Translations under genes and position numbers: made by a program
Source: a virus
Lineage: Duplodnaviria; Caudoviricetes
IMG/VR virus record: IMGVR_UViG_3300035675_000001
DNA: 64,000 bases
Strand: one strand, 5' to 3'
The notes under the pieces: model-generated
What the model was told of the DNA's origin: nothing
What the model saw: only the letters and a program-made list of their open reading frames with translations
Databases searched by the model: none
Shown: piece after piece, positions 9,036 to 19,183 of the stretch
Numbering within the stretch: the first letter of the stretch is position 1
How the letters are laid out: every line of letters begins with the position of its first letter

Positions 9036-9539
9036 TTGTTTTCGCGGATCATCCGCCCTGTAATTACTCTGATGGCGAGCACGCTGATACCGAAGCTCAA
9101 GGCCGAGATCGAGGCGCTTGAGGCGCAATACCAAGCTGCCGAGGACCGGATCGAGCGGTCAGGCGGCGTGGACTATCGCGGGGAGCTGGTCACGCTCCGA
9201 AGAAAATTGGACGACAAGCGGCATAAGCTGGAGATGTGGTCGAAACTCTGGCAGGCCGCTGAGTCCAACAGCCGCACCAACGCTGCCAAGCTCATGGTGG
9301 AAGTCCTTCTCGCTGATGACGATGTTGACACCATCGAGGACATCGCCGCCGACTTCGTGGAAGACATCGGGGTGGGTCGGCATGACTGGATGACCAACTG
9401 GGCGCTTTTGCAGGACAAGGGAGAGGCTTTGCCCAGGGTCCAGGCTTACCTGGACGAGTATGGCATCGCCGCCGACGCGCAAAAAGTTGTAAACTTTATC
9501 GACCACATGCTGGTCAAGCGGCCTGGCCGCTGGAAATAA
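9036..9539 (+). CDS. Hypothetical protein with coiled-coil N-terminus (start may be ATG 9072)
   Basis: ORF with genome-typical codon usage. Confidence 0.55.
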   Translation: MFSRIIRPVITLMASTLIPKLKAEIEALEAQYQAAEDRIERSGGVDYRGELVTLRRKLDDKRHKLEMWSKLWQAAESNSRTNAAKLMVEVLLADDDVDTIEDIAADFVEDIGVGRHDWMTNWALLQDKGEALPRVQAYLDEYGIAADAQKVVNFIDHMLVKRPGRWK

Positions 9540-9551
9540 TTTGTAAACATT

Positions 9552-10274
9552 ATGCCTGTAAATCCCTGTGCCATTACCGACATACTGGCCAACGATTACA
9601 ACGAGGCCCTAAAGACGATCAATCGAAAGTTCGCCGCCCTCCAGCGTCTCTCCCAACTCCTGGAACAGATCGGCGACATCAGCGGTTTCATCCCCAACAT
9701 CGGGGCGCTCATCCCGATCTACCTGATCGACCTCAGCTCCTACGCAACCCTGGTCGCCGCGTGCCCCTTCCTGAACTTGCCGAAGTCGCCGAGCACCGAA
9801 GACATCGGCAAGCTCCAAAGCCAGGTCGCTGCCGCCTACGGCAACCTGGTCAGCAAGCTCTACCAGCATCCCTGGCTTCGGATGGGCAGACTCCAGGACC
9901 AGATGAACAAGGTCCAGGGTAAGGTCAACGAAGTGCTCAACCAGGGCACGCAGTTCATGCAGTGTCTCCAAGCCGCGTGCGCCGGTGTGGACGCCGCAAC
10001 CAATTTCGTAAACGAAATCTCGCAGACCGACTTCCAGGAGAACTTCGACACCTACACGCGGCAGTTCCTTGGCAGCAACGGCCAGATCATGAATGACGCC
10101 ATGCAACAGAAGTTTGACCAGGTGCAGGGCGGCATCAACCAGATCAACGAGCTGATGTCACCGCAGCCCCTCGCGGGCGCGGTCGGCAGCCCCGGTGCCA
10201 CGGGTCCGACGATCCCGGACATTGGTCGCGCTCCGCAGATACCCCAACTTCCTCCAAATCCGCCCTCAACCTAA
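9552..10274 (+). CDS. Hypothetical helical protein (240 aa)
   Basis: Clean ORF with a Pro-rich tail. Confidence 0.6.
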   Translation: MPVNPCAITDILANDYNEALKTINRKFAALQRLSQLLEQIGDISGFIPNIGALIPIYLIDLSSYATLVAACPFLNLPKSPSTEDIGKLQSQVAAAYGNLVSKLYQHPWLRMGRLQDQMNKVQGKVNEVLNQGTQFMQCLQAACAGVDAATNFVNEISQTDFQENFDTYTRQFLGSNGQIMNDAMQQKFDQVQGGINQINELMSPQPLAGAVGSPGATGPTIPDIGRAPQIPQLPPNPPST

Positions 10275-10283
10275 AACAGAAAG

Positions 10284-10541
10284 GTGGTGAGAAACATGAC
10301 AGAAACCAAACTGACAGTCGGTGGTAAGGTGGTGTTCGTTGACCCTGTGGCTGTGGCGCACGACGCGCTCATCACGGCCATTTGGGGCGACCCCAACGCC
10401 ACGCCCGCTATCAACATCGTTTACGTGAGTGACGATGAGAAGCGCACCGATCAGTATGGACGGCAGACCGTCCACTACACCAGCGTTGTCCACGAGTCGA
10501 TGCAGTCGGCTCACGGCAACTTCTGGCGTCACGCGGTCTAA
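10284..10541 (+). CDS. Small SH3-like phage hypothetical protein
   Basis: VGGKVVFV...DALITAIWG....INIVYV pattern. Confidence 0.5.
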   Translation: MVRNMTETKLTVGGKVVFVDPVAVAHDALITAIWGDPNATPAINIVYVSDDEKRTDQYGRQTVHYTSVVHESMQSAHGNFWRHAV

Positions 10542-10594
10542 GCCGCGCCCGCAAGCGGAACCCAAAAGGAACCTCCAGAGGCGCGGACCCAACT

Positions 10595-12028
10595 ATGGAT
10601 GACGATTTCAAAGAGCTGTATGTGCCGGACGCCGAAGCGATCCCTGAGAAGGATATTCGCTGGTGGTCCCGCTACATGTCGCGGCGGAAGTTCCAGACGG
10701 AAGCCGAAGCCAGGGAGGAGATTTTTCGCATCCTCCAGCACAACGACACGCAGAGCTGGGCGCACATCTTCGGCCCGCAGGGCGAGCCTAAGAACCGCTG
10801 GGAAGCCGACAACATGCCCCTTTACCAAAACAAATGGGGGCACTGGAAGGTTGGCCGTCCCCTCAGCCACTACCGCCGCCTGGAGCTGCCGGGCGACGCA
10901 GAGGAGCGCGAGCGCCAGAAACAGGTCCAGCAGATTCTCCGGCAGCACCAGCTTCGGGAATACCTCTCGAACAACACCAGCGATTTCTCTGACGGCACCA
11001 ACGGCGAGCCGTCCGCCCAAGCCTCGTTCGCGGGCGATGGCGGCACCAATGTCGGCCTGCCGGACTACAAGTATGCGGAGCGCAAGGAGCGCAGGCACGC
11101 CAAGCTGCGTGCGCTCATCAAACGCCGCGATCCCACGCACCGGTCCAACGTGGACTGGGATGTCCGGGCGCGGGCCGGTATGCGCGAGAGCGAGGAAGAA
11201 GACATGATGAAGGAAGTCTCGGAGCCGCCGCCCACGCTCCAGGCTGTCCCTACCCATCGCACCGAGGAATACCTCGTCACCCGCTACGACGGCCAACACC
11301 TGGGCGCAATTTTCCTGGAGCCGGAGGAGCACATGCCGAAGGTTCCGGTCCTGCTCAAGCTCCATCAGATGTATCCCTGGGTCGCCTGGTGGGGGATGGA
11401 GACCGCCCGCTTCAAGACCAAGGAGCAGGCCGTGGCCCACCTGGTAGCGATTGCCAAGGGCGAGTTCCCCGACAAGCACCACCCTGACCGCCAAGGCCGG
11501 GCCTACATGCAGTCGATGAGGAACCGGGCGCTGGGTGAGATGCCCAGGGAAGTCGAGGAAGCCCACGAGGAGCTGGCCGACGCCGGAGCTTACCCGGACA
11601 ATCCCTTCTCGACCTGGATGACGCTCGACCACACCAACCCGGACGGTGAAGCCGTCTATGAGGCCACACACGAAGTGCGCGTCAACGGCGCTCCCTACTA
11701 TGCCAGCGCCAAGATCACTATTGGCCTGCCGGGCGGACACTGCTGGCTTTACACGCACTGGGCCTTTGAAGATTTCGACCGCTGGACCGACATCCCTCGC
11801 GGCGGCATGAACCAGCAGCCCTACTGCCCGACGATGGAGGACTTGCAGGCGCTCTCCGATGACCTCCAAGCGTTCCTCAAGTCCGTCGAGACCAGGGACG
11901 AGGAGCAGGTTCGTGCGGCCAACGACCTGATCGGATCGAAGATTTACAGCGGCAGGCGCACCGGCTACAGCAAAGGCGTAGTCGAATCCCATGCCGCCGA
12001 GATTGTGAAGAACCTGTTGGAAGCGTAA
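10595..12028 (+). CDS. Tagged polyprotein A (477 aa)
   Basis: Starts MDDDFKEL, has internal MRE|SEEEDMMKEV, and ends AAEIVKNLLEA. Confidence 0.65.
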   Translation: MDDDFKELYVPDAEAIPEKDIRWWSRYMSRRKFQTEAEAREEIFRILQHNDTQSWAHIFGPQGEPKNRWEADNMPLYQNKWGHWKVGRPLSHYRRLELPGDAEERERQKQVQQILRQHQLREYLSNNTSDFSDGTNGEPSAQASFAGDGGTNVGLPDYKYAERKERRHAKLRALIKRRDPTHRSNVDWDVRARAGMRESEEEDMMKEVSEPPPTLQAVPTHRTEEYLVTRYDGQHLGAIFLEPEEHMPKVPVLLKLHQMYPWVAWWGMETARFKTKEQAVAHLVAIAKGEFPDKHHPDRQGRAYMQSMRNRALGEMPREVEEAHEELADAGAYPDNPFSTWMTLDHTNPDGEAVYEATHEVRVNGAPYYASAKITIGLPGGHCWLYTHWAFEDFDRWTDIPRGGMNQQPYCPTMEDLQALSDDLQAFLKSVETRDEEQVRAANDLIGSKIYSGRRTGYSKGVVESHAAEIVKNLLEA

Positions 12029-12043
12029 TCTGTTCTATTGAGT

Positions 12044-12235
12044 ATGGCACATCCAGACGATGGCAAGTTCGTGGTGGTTCAGAACGGGCAGAGAGTGTCC
12101 GGTCAGCTCCACGAGAAGCAAGACACCGCGCAGGCGGAAGCCGCGAAGGTCGAGAAGAAGCGCCCAGTCAACGAGACTGGACAACCCGTGGCCGAATCCG
12201 GCCCGATCAAAGTTGTCCAGAATCTCTATGGCTGA
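12044..12235 (+). CDS. Small hypothetical protein (63 aa), possibly virion-associated
   Basis: ATG 12044 lies 7 nt after TGTTCT. Contains PVNE and PVAES Glu motifs. Confidence 0.5.
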   Translation: MAHPDDGKFVVVQNGQRVSGQLHEKQDTAQAEAAKVEKKRPVNETGQPVAESGPIKVVQNLYG

Positions 12236-13187
12236 GCTGAAACAACTGCGGCCTATCGACGCGCCGGTCACGACAGCGCCTTGGCGAAAGCCAAAGGCGG
12301 ATGTCAAAGATTTACCCGCGCCCCCATCCGCCCCCAAGCCTCCGGCGCAGCCCCCGTCTCCCCCTGCGCCGGAGGCCCAGGCGGAACCCAAGAAAAAGAA
12401 GGGCAAGGCCAAAGCTCAGGCCGAGGCTCCCCCGCCGCCCCCGCCGCCCAAACAGCCGGTGGAGGCACCCCAAATCGACGCGCCCAAGGCCGCGCCCGTT
12501 GAAGTCGAAGTTGTAAACAACGGCAGCCACATCCCGATCCCGATGCCCTACCAGCCGGTCCCGCTGCTGGAAGCCCTGGCGTCGCAGAACCCCATAGTCG
12601 CGGGCGTCATGATCCGGCAGCTCCGCGATCTCCAGGGACCACCCCCAAACACCAGCGACGGAGTGCTGGTGACGATGGGCAAGCTGGCCGATGGCTTCAA
12701 AAACGGTAGGGACGTGTCCGACCAGATGGAAGCCGTGGCGCTCCACCTGACCGGGCGAGGCGACCGGCGTGAACTCCAAGCAGAGCTGGCCGACGTGCTG
12801 GACGACGAGCGTGTGATCGAGATATTCAGGAGCCGGTCCAAGTTTGAGGACTTCCTCCACGGCTGCCTCCGGCGCTCCGACATCAGCGTCACCGAGGGCA
12901 TCGCGGTCCAGGCTTACTTCAATGCCGAACTGGACAAGATTTTCAGCCGCCGATCCAAGCGGGGTTCGGGAGATTTGGTCAGCGGGCGCGAGCCGCATGA
13001 ACTCGTCACCAAGTCCAATCTGCCTGCCCAGCTCCACCGGAAGGAGCTTCAACACAAGTTCAATGACGCTTCACCCCAGGAACGTGAAATTCTGCGGAAG
13101 CTTGGGTTCAAAGTGCAGACAATGGTCGCCGCCAGGCTGACGCGGACCACGACTGAAACTGTCGAACTTGTTGAACCAGAAACGTGA
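12228..13187 (+). CDS. Hypothetical protein with Pro/Ala/Lys-rich N-terminus (319 aa; start at ATG 12228)
   Basis: Start overlaps the end of the previous gene. Helical C-terminal domain. Confidence 0.6.
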   Translation: MAELKQLRPIDAPVTTAPWRKPKADVKDLPAPPSAPKPPAQPPSPPAPEAQAEPKKKKGKAKAQAEAPPPPPPPKQPVEAPQIDAPKAAPVEVEVVNNGSHIPIPMPYQPVPLLEALASQNPIVAGVMIRQLRDLQGPPPNTSDGVLVTMGKLADGFKNGRDVSDQMEAVALHLTGRGDRRELQAELADVLDDERVIEIFRSRSKFEDFLHGCLRRSDISVTEGIAVQAYFNAELDKIFSRRSKRGSGDLVSGREPHELVTKSNLPAQLHRKELQHKFNDASPQEREILRKLGFKVQTMVAARLTRTTTETVELVEPET

Positions 13188-13891
13188 CTCTGAAACCGAT
13201 CAAGGGAATCTTCGACGCCGCCCTCGCAGATGATCCGAGAATCACCAAGGCAGGCAGCTACGCGCTCAATACGACAGGCGGCTGCCAGCAGACCTACGTC
13301 CTGAGCCGCACCGTGCTGGAACGCCGCATCCCAGGCGTCTTTGTCGAATGCGGCACAGCCTACGGCGCTCAGTTGGCGATCATGGCGATGGCGATGGAAA
13401 GGCTTAACGACCGCCGAGAAATTCACGGCTACGACTCATTCGCTGGTATTCCTTGTGCCGGGCCAAAAGACAGTCTCCAGCCAGGCTTGGGTGGGTTTCA
13501 GATGGACCGCAACTTGCCCCTGGAAAAACGCCTGGTCGGAACAAAGTCAATGGTCGCCGACCACGACACCTGCCGGGAGATGTTCTACGCCTGGAAAATC
13601 CCCGGCGTCACGCTTGAGCTGCACAAGGGCTGGTTTCAGCACACTCTGCCAGACAACAAGCTTGGCACCATCGCCTTCCTCCGCCTGGACGGCGACCTCT
13701 ACGAATCCACGGAAATCTGCCTGCGCTACCTCTACGACAAAGTGGCTCCTGGAGGAATAGTCTATGTGGACGACTGGTGCCTGAGCGGACCCGCCAGCGC
13801 CGTTGAAGAACTGTTCGAGGAGCGCAAACTCACCGCGCCGATATACCAAGACAAAGGAGGGTGCGTCGGAGCGGCCTACTGGTTCAAATGA
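13184..13891 (+). CDS. TylF/MycF/NovP-family sugar O-methyltransferase
   Basis: GVFVECGT..G, YDSFAG, KGWFQHTLP, IAFLRLDGDLYEST, GGIVYVDDW. Confidence 0.9.
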   Translation: MTLKPIKGIFDAALADDPRITKAGSYALNTTGGCQQTYVLSRTVLERRIPGVFVECGTAYGAQLAIMAMAMERLNDRREIHGYDSFAGIPCAGPKDSLQPGLGGFQMDRNLPLEKRLVGTKSMVADHDTCREMFYAWKIPGVTLELHKGWFQHTLPDNKLGTIAFLRLDGDLYESTEICLRYLYDKVAPGGIVYVDDWCLSGPASAVEELFEERKLTAPIYQDKGGCVGAAYWFK

Positions 13892-14244
13892 TCGCCATAA
13901 TCGGAACTCCTGACAGCACGACCACCTACATGGCCAACGCCCTGGCCCGGTCGGAAACCAGCTACATCATCGTCTGCAACTCCTCCGACTACACCTACGA
14001 GCCGCCCAAGCCGCCCGACCTCTCCGCGCTCGTTCACGCCTTCAAGCTTCATCAGGTCATGACCGAAGCCGAGGTCGCACTGATGAGGATGTGGAACGAC
14101 CAGCCCACCCGCGAAGGCATCCAGACCTGCCGCGAGCGGCATCGGAATCTGTATTCGTCGATCAAGTCTTTACCGCACTTCCGGTCAAGGTCTGATCGGC
14201 GAATCCCGTGCTGGCGCTCCACCCGCTGGAAAAGCCTGACTTAG
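13888..14244 (+). CDS. Hypothetical protein
   Basis: ATGA overlap with the methyltransferase stop codon. Confidence 0.45.
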   Translation: MIAIIGTPDSTTTYMANALARSETSYIIVCNSSDYTYEPPKPPDLSALVHAFKLHQVMTEAEVALMRMWNDQPTREGIQTCRERHRNLYSSIKSLPHFRSRSDRRIPCWRSTRWKSLT

Positions 14245-14747
14245 AATGGCTCGTTATCTGAGACCGGCTGCTCGTAGTCAGGCACAGGCCCTTCGTAGCC
14301 GTAGTCCACGCAGTCAGGCTTCGAGTCGTTTTGCATGGTCTCCTGGCCAGGAACGACGTGCCCGTTCTCACTGTTCTCCGCGTGAGATAGGGGCTGGATG
14401 TTCCAGATATGGTAACCCTTATCGTGGTCGATCCGGTCCACGGTCATCGAGTCGGGGTTCTGCCCGCGCTTATCCATATAGCCCGTCTCCTGGCACCACT
14501 TTTTGAACTCAGCCAGGGTGATGGTGAAAGCCAGCTTGCGCTTCTTGGCCTTTTGCCGGATCGCGTTCAGGACGTAGGTTTCAGGATGGCGCTCCTTGAG
14601 CTGGCGGGACCGGCACTTCCAACAAAGCCTCAGCCTGCGACCAGTGTTGTTGATCGCGGCCTTATTACGGCACCATTTGGCAGCACACTTCTCCGCCTTG
14701 CTGGAGGCTTTGGGTGCCTTGCGAGTTCGTTTCTTCCGACGCCACAC
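14241..14747 (-). CDS. HNH/His-Me-finger-like endonuclease with N-terminal Zn-binding segment
   Basis: CAAKWC...CWKC followed by MTVDRIDHDKGYHIWNIQPLSHAEN. Confidence 0.65.
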   Translation of the reverse strand: MWRRKKRTRKAPKASSKAEKCAAKWCRNKAAINNTGRRLRLCWKCRSRQLKERHPETYVLNAIRQKAKKRKLAFTITLAEFKKWCQETGYMDKRGQNPDSMTVDRIDHDKGYHIWNIQPLSHAENSENGHVVPGQETMQNDSKPDCVDYGYEGPVPDYEQPVSDNEPF

Positions 14748-14765
14748 GCCTATAAGAACGGAGCG

Positions 14766-15371
14766 TCATTCGATGTGATACTTGCGCTTCATCTCCCGTT
14801 TCCAGTTGGCAAACTCACCCGCCAACTTGTCTTCGTCAACAATGAGCGCGTTCTCCAGATCACCGATGGCCATGACGAGGGTTGTGAAGGTCAGCCCCTC
14901 GACGGTGCGGACGATGAAGAAGCGGTGCTTGCCGGGCACAACCTCCGAAAGATTGCGCTGCTCCAGCCACTCGACCAGCTCCATGTGGAGGTCGTCGAAA
15001 ATCTCCTGCTCCTCGTCGTCCCCTGGCGGGCCGTAAAGCTCCTCCAGGACGGTCTGATGGGCGTCCCACTCGAACCACATCATCACGTCGGCCTCGCGGT
15101 CGTCCGGGCGGAAGGCGGCGTCGAGGCCGCTGTCGCTCCAGGGGTAAGAAGTCGGTCGGCTTTGGACCTTGAACTCGTAGCCCCGGTCCCACAGCGACTC
15201 CATTTCCGCGAACTCCCTGGGGGCCTTGCGCTGCCAGTCTTGCTCATGGCTATTCCAGAGGGAGTCCTTCATCCTGATCTCGACAGTAACCGGCTGATAC
15301 CCGGCGTCTTTCACCAGGTCTTCGTCATCGGTTTCGAGCAAAAACCGGAGGATTGGCTGCGTGCGGTCCAC
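14766..15371 (-). CDS. Tagged protein B (201 aa; GTG start at 15371)
   Basis: MDRTQPILRFLLE|TDDEDLVKDAG carries the same leader and tag as the polyproteins. Divergent from the terminase gene. Confidence 0.6.
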   Translation of the reverse strand: MDRTQPILRFLLETDDEDLVKDAGYQPVTVEIRMKDSLWNSHEQDWQRKAPREFAEMESLWDRGYEFKVQSRPTSYPWSDSGLDAAFRPDDREADVMMWFEWDAHQTVLEELYGPPGDDEEQEIFDDLHMELVEWLEQRNLSEVVPGKHRFFIVRTVEGLTFTTLVMAIGDLENALIVDEDKLAGEFANWKREMKRKYHIE

Positions 15372-15393
15372 AGTTCGTTCTTCCTTGATAGGT

Positions 15394-17457
15394 ATGCCTG
15401 TCGGAAAGGTAAACAAAAAGACGCTCACTGAGCAGGTCGAAGACATTCTGGCCAAAGGGTTACAGGGCGAGAATATCAACGCCATGCTTGCCTCTCTTTC
15501 TCCTTACGCGAGAAAGGTATGGGAGGACATGCTGACCCAGTTCCGTGAGTCCGGCGATTCTGAGCTTTTGGAACAGCTCAAGGTCGCCGACTACACCGAG
15601 AAGCCGCCCACGATGGATGAGTTCCTGACCGATCCTTTCTACCTGGGGTCGCTGATGGTCAAAAGCCAGGACTCCGAGGGCTTGTTCCCCACCTGGAAGG
15701 ACATCCTGGTCAGCGACTTCAACTACGACAGCGCGATCCACAACTGCGTCATCACCGGGTCGCTGGGCATCGGCAAGACCTTCGTGATGGTCACGATCCT
15801 CCTCTACCGGATGCTCCTGGCCACGCTCCTGCGGAACCCCCACAACTTCTTCGGCCTGACTCGCGGCACCAAGATCATCTTCAACCTCCTGTCCGTCACC
15901 AAGGCAGCAGTCACGGAAACGGCGTTCGGCGACGCGCAGAACTTCATGTCGAACTGCCCCTACTTCCTGGAGGAATGCGGCTACGACCCGGACAACAGCT
16001 ACACCAACTTCCGCATCCCGCTGAAAAACTCGCTGATGCTCACAGCCGGGTCCAAGGGCCAGCACTTGCTGGGTCGTAACGTGATCGGCGTGGGCCTGGA
16101 CGAAGGCAACTGGCGCTTGGAAGCGGAGCCGGACACCAAGGCTTACGAGCTGTTCAACGAAGTCCGAAATCGTATCAACAACCGCTTCCGCAAAGTCGCG
16201 GGCTACCTCCCGGCCATCTCGATCCTGGCGTCGTCGGCCAAGGACGAATCGAGCTTCACGGAAACGATCATCAAGGAAATCGACGCGGCCAAAGACCCGG
16301 ACACGCAGAAGGTCTATCGCAACAGCGTTTACAAAATCAAGCGGCACGCCCTCCAGCTTGGACCGCGCTGGTTCAAAGTCGCCTACGGCCTCAAGAACAT
16401 CCCGCCCATGATGCTGGCGGGCTGGTATGACGAGCAAGGCACTCCCACCGGCCAGGACACTCACGAGTCCCCCGCGCCGGGCGCGAGCACTGAGCTGGTG
16501 CCGGAGCTTTACTTCTCCGAGTTCAAGCGCCGACCGCTCAACGCGCTGCGCGACGTGTGCGGTATCAGCACGGGCGGCGTCAACCGCTGGTTCGGCTCAA
16601 TGGTGGATTTCGAGCGTTGCGTCGAGCTGGCCGAGAAAGACGGCGTGCTCTGCCCGGTCACATCCGCCCTGGAGATGATCCCGGTCTCGATGGAGGACGG
16701 CAAAAACATTTGGGACTACCTCGATCACCGCACCTTCCTGACCCGCGTCCAGTCGCAGATCATCCCCAAGCGGCACCCTTACTCCCAGCGTTACGCCCAC
16801 ATCGACTTGGCCACGCAGAACATGGCGGGCCTGGCCGTCTGTCACCTGGTCGGCAAACAACTGATCGAGGGCATGGTTTCGTCCTCCAACCCCGGCGTGC
16901 CCTTCTCCGACTACCGGCTGATCGTGGAGTATGACTTCATCCTGACCCTGACGGCAGGCCAGGTGAAGCCCATCAGCCTGGAGAAGATTCAGAACTTCCT
17001 GCTCTGGCTGGCGACCAAGTGCGGCTACAACTTCGGCCTGGTCACGTTCGACCAGTTCCAGTCGGAGATGAGCCTCCAGATGCTCGAAGCTCGCGGCTTC
17101 AAGGTAGATAAACAGAGCGTTGACCGGAACAAGGACGCCTACATCAACTGGCGCATGGCCGTTGAGGAATTGAGGCTCCGGCCCTACCGGCACCGCCACA
17201 TGATGATGGAAGCCGAAAACCTGCTGGACACCGACAAGAAGGTGGATCACCCGCCCAACGGGTCCAAGGACACGACCGACGCCTGCGCGGGGGCCTACAA
17301 CAACGCCGTCAACAGCGAGGAGAAGGTCACCATCATGAACCCCAACAACCCGCGCATCCACTCCACGCGCAATCTGGAGGGGCTGATCCAGGAGAAACCG
17401 CCTATCGAGATCAACATGCCCCCTGGCTACACCCGCGTTAAGAGCTTCAAAGTCTGA
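15394..17457 (+). CDS. terL: Terminase large subunit
   Basis: Walker A ITGSLGIGKT, Walker B VGLDEG, motif III ILASS, RNase-H-like nuclease AHIDLA ... TFDQFQS ... KVDHPPNGSKDTTDA. Confidence 0.9.
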   Translation: MPVGKVNKKTLTEQVEDILAKGLQGENINAMLASLSPYARKVWEDMLTQFRESGDSELLEQLKVADYTEKPPTMDEFLTDPFYLGSLMVKSQDSEGLFPTWKDILVSDFNYDSAIHNCVITGSLGIGKTFVMVTILLYRMLLATLLRNPHNFFGLTRGTKIIFNLLSVTKAAVTETAFGDAQNFMSNCPYFLEECGYDPDNSYTNFRIPLKNSLMLTAGSKGQHLLGRNVIGVGLDEGNWRLEAEPDTKAYELFNEVRNRINNRFRKVAGYLPAISILASSAKDESSFTETIIKEIDAAKDPDTQKVYRNSVYKIKRHALQLGPRWFKVAYGLKNIPPMMLAGWYDEQGTPTGQDTHESPAPGASTELVPELYFSEFKRRPLNALRDVCGISTGGVNRWFGSMVDFERCVELAEKDGVLCPVTSALEMIPVSMEDGKNIWDYLDHRTFLTRVQSQIIPKRHPYSQRYAHIDLATQNMAGLAVCHLVGKQLIEGMVSSSNPGVPFSDYRLIVEYDFILTLTAGQVKPISLEKIQNFLLWLATKCGYNFGLVTFDQFQSEMSLQMLEARGFKVDKQSVDRNKDAYINWRMAVEELRLRPYRHRHMMMEAENLLDTDKKVDHPPNGSKDTTDACAGAYNNAVNSEEKVTIMNPNNPRIHSTRNLEGLIQEKPPIEINMPPGYTRVKSFKV

Positions 17458-17476
17458 AATCCGTTCTATTGGGAGT

Positions 17477-17869
17477 ATGAAAAACGAACAAGTTGATCGA
17501 CCGCCGCTCGACCCGGAGGCGCTACGCCAGGAGATCGAGGATGTGTTTACGTTCGGCATTCCCGTCACCCCGGAGCAACATCACGCATGTCAACAAATTC
17601 AAAACGCCTGCAAAACCCTGGCTCACGGCATCATGCAGCTCGTGCCAGAGGGCAAGGAACAGACCATCGCCATCAACAACCTGCTGGGAGTGGCCCTGTG
17701 GAGCCGCCACGGGATCACGCGCCGGAGCATCATTGTTGCGGCGGGGGTGCCGTGGGAGGAGGCTGCGCCTGTAGCCACGGAAGTTCACCTGGGGCCGGAG
17801 CCGACGATTCAGGACCAGGTGGAAGCCCTCCAGAAGAAGCAGCAGGGCATCCCCGGCGACAATACCTGA
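17477..17869 (+). CDS. Divergent Acb2/Tad1-like helical-hairpin protein
   Basis: FTF..P.TPEQ..ACQQIQ.ACK.LA..I.QLVPEG.EQ..AI..L...A.W...GI.R aligns by eye with 35048-35323. Confidence 0.45.
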   Translation: MKNEQVDRPPLDPEALRQEIEDVFTFGIPVTPEQHHACQQIQNACKTLAHGIMQLVPEGKEQTIAINNLLGVALWSRHGITRRSIIVAAGVPWEEAAPVATEVHLGPEPTIQDQVEALQKKQQGIPGDNT

Positions 17870-17984
17870 TCTCCGAGGACCGAATCCTCCAGATCAGCAA
17901 TGACATCTCGGAGGACATGTGTTCGGCCAAGGCCAGTGAACTGGTCGAGGTCGTTAAGTATTTCAGAGATGAGTTCGATGACCT

Positions 17985-19142
17985 ATGGAATCAGACACAA
18001 GAGCTAAAGATGACAGTGGGCGGAACGCTCGTGGAGACCGGCCTAAAGCTGATGCAGTCAAGACTGTGTTCGTCTCCGGGTGCTTCGACCTCCTCCACGG
18101 CGGGCACATCGAGTTCCTTACGCAAGCCAAAGCCCTCGGCCAAAAGCTCGTCGTCTGCGTCCCCACGGACGAAGTGATCCAGCGGCACAAGCAGCGCCCC
18201 GCTGCCATGCCCTTGGATCACCGGATGGACGTGCTCAAGTCGCTTTCGATGGTGGACGAGGTTGTCGTCGGCGATGACCCGGACGCGGGGCTGAACTTCA
18301 AAACCAAGTTCGGCGAAATCAAGCCCGCGATCCTGGCCGTCACCGAAGATGACAAATTCGAGGCCGGGAAGCGGAAGCTCTGTAAACGGTTTGGAGCCGA
18401 ATATGTGAAGCTCCCCAAAACCCTCAAATACGAGCCTGTCAGCACAACTGACCTCCGCAACTCTCTCAAAGCCCCGGAATACGTTCCCGTGCGCGTGGAC
18501 TTCGGCGGCGGCTGGCTGGACGTGCCCCGGTTTGCCCGGCCTGACAGCTTCGTAGTCAACTGCGCCGTCACCCCGATGGTCAGCCTCAAGAACTGGGGCT
18601 ACGAGCGCAACGGCGGGCTGGGCGGGTCCGCCGCCTACAACGTCCTGATGGGCAATAACGCCGTCAACACCGAGCTGGAGCTGGGCGTTGGCTGGCAAGA
18701 CCCCGCCGTCATCACCGAGACCGGCCTGTGCTCCTGGGTCTCCGGGCCACGCCCGGTCCTGGACATGAAGACCTCCGGCGACTGGCTGGCGGGCATGATG
18801 GCGCTGGCCTGGACCGGCAAGCCCCACAACACGCCCAGCTTGGTCTCGAACTCACGCAACTGGGACATGATTGCCGAGGCAGGTAAAGTTTGCCGCAATG
18901 CCGTCCGCAGCGGGTCGTTCATGACCCTGGTGACGGGCATCAACCTGAGCTACACGGTTCAGCGTCAAGAGGGAATGGACGAATTGCCCTCTGTCGGCGA
19001 GATCGCCAAAAAGTATTGCGGGGGAGGATTTGGCGGATACGCATTATATTTGTTTACAAATTCGACTAACCGCGAGAGCTTCGTCGCGGCTGGGAGCGGA
19101 CGCATCGCAATCGAGCCGTTCATCCGCCAGCCTGGAAGCTGA
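17985..19142 (+). CDS. Bifunctional cytidylyltransferase-like nucleotidyltransferase (HldE/RfaE-II type) fused to a GHMP sugar kinase (HddA-like)
   Basis: FVSGCFDLLHGGHIEFL (HxGH), then PVRVDFGGGWLD, GGLGGSAA and KYCGGGFGGY GHMP motifs. Confidence 0.82.
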   Translation: MESDTRAKDDSGRNARGDRPKADAVKTVFVSGCFDLLHGGHIEFLTQAKALGQKLVVCVPTDEVIQRHKQRPAAMPLDHRMDVLKSLSMVDEVVVGDDPDAGLNFKTKFGEIKPAILAVTEDDKFEAGKRKLCKRFGAEYVKLPKTLKYEPVSTTDLRNSLKAPEYVPVRVDFGGGWLDVPRFARPDSFVVNCAVTPMVSLKNWGYERNGGLGGSAAYNVLMGNNAVNTELELGVGWQDPAVITETGLCSWVSGPRPVLDMKTSGDWLAGMMALAWTGKPHNTPSLVSNSRNWDMIAEAGKVCRNAVRSGSFMTLVTGINLSYTVQRQEGMDELPSVGEIAKKYCGGGFGGYALYLFTNSTNRESFVAAGSGRIAIEPFIRQPGS

Positions 19143-19183
19143 GATTTCCACGGGCGGAGTGCGTTCGTCCTGGTAGTTATGAC

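Noticed and set aside
17587-18177. 196-aa ORF overlapping two genes
   Set aside because: Mostly out-of-frame overlap. At most a short ORF from about 17866 is real, and it has no clear start or motif.
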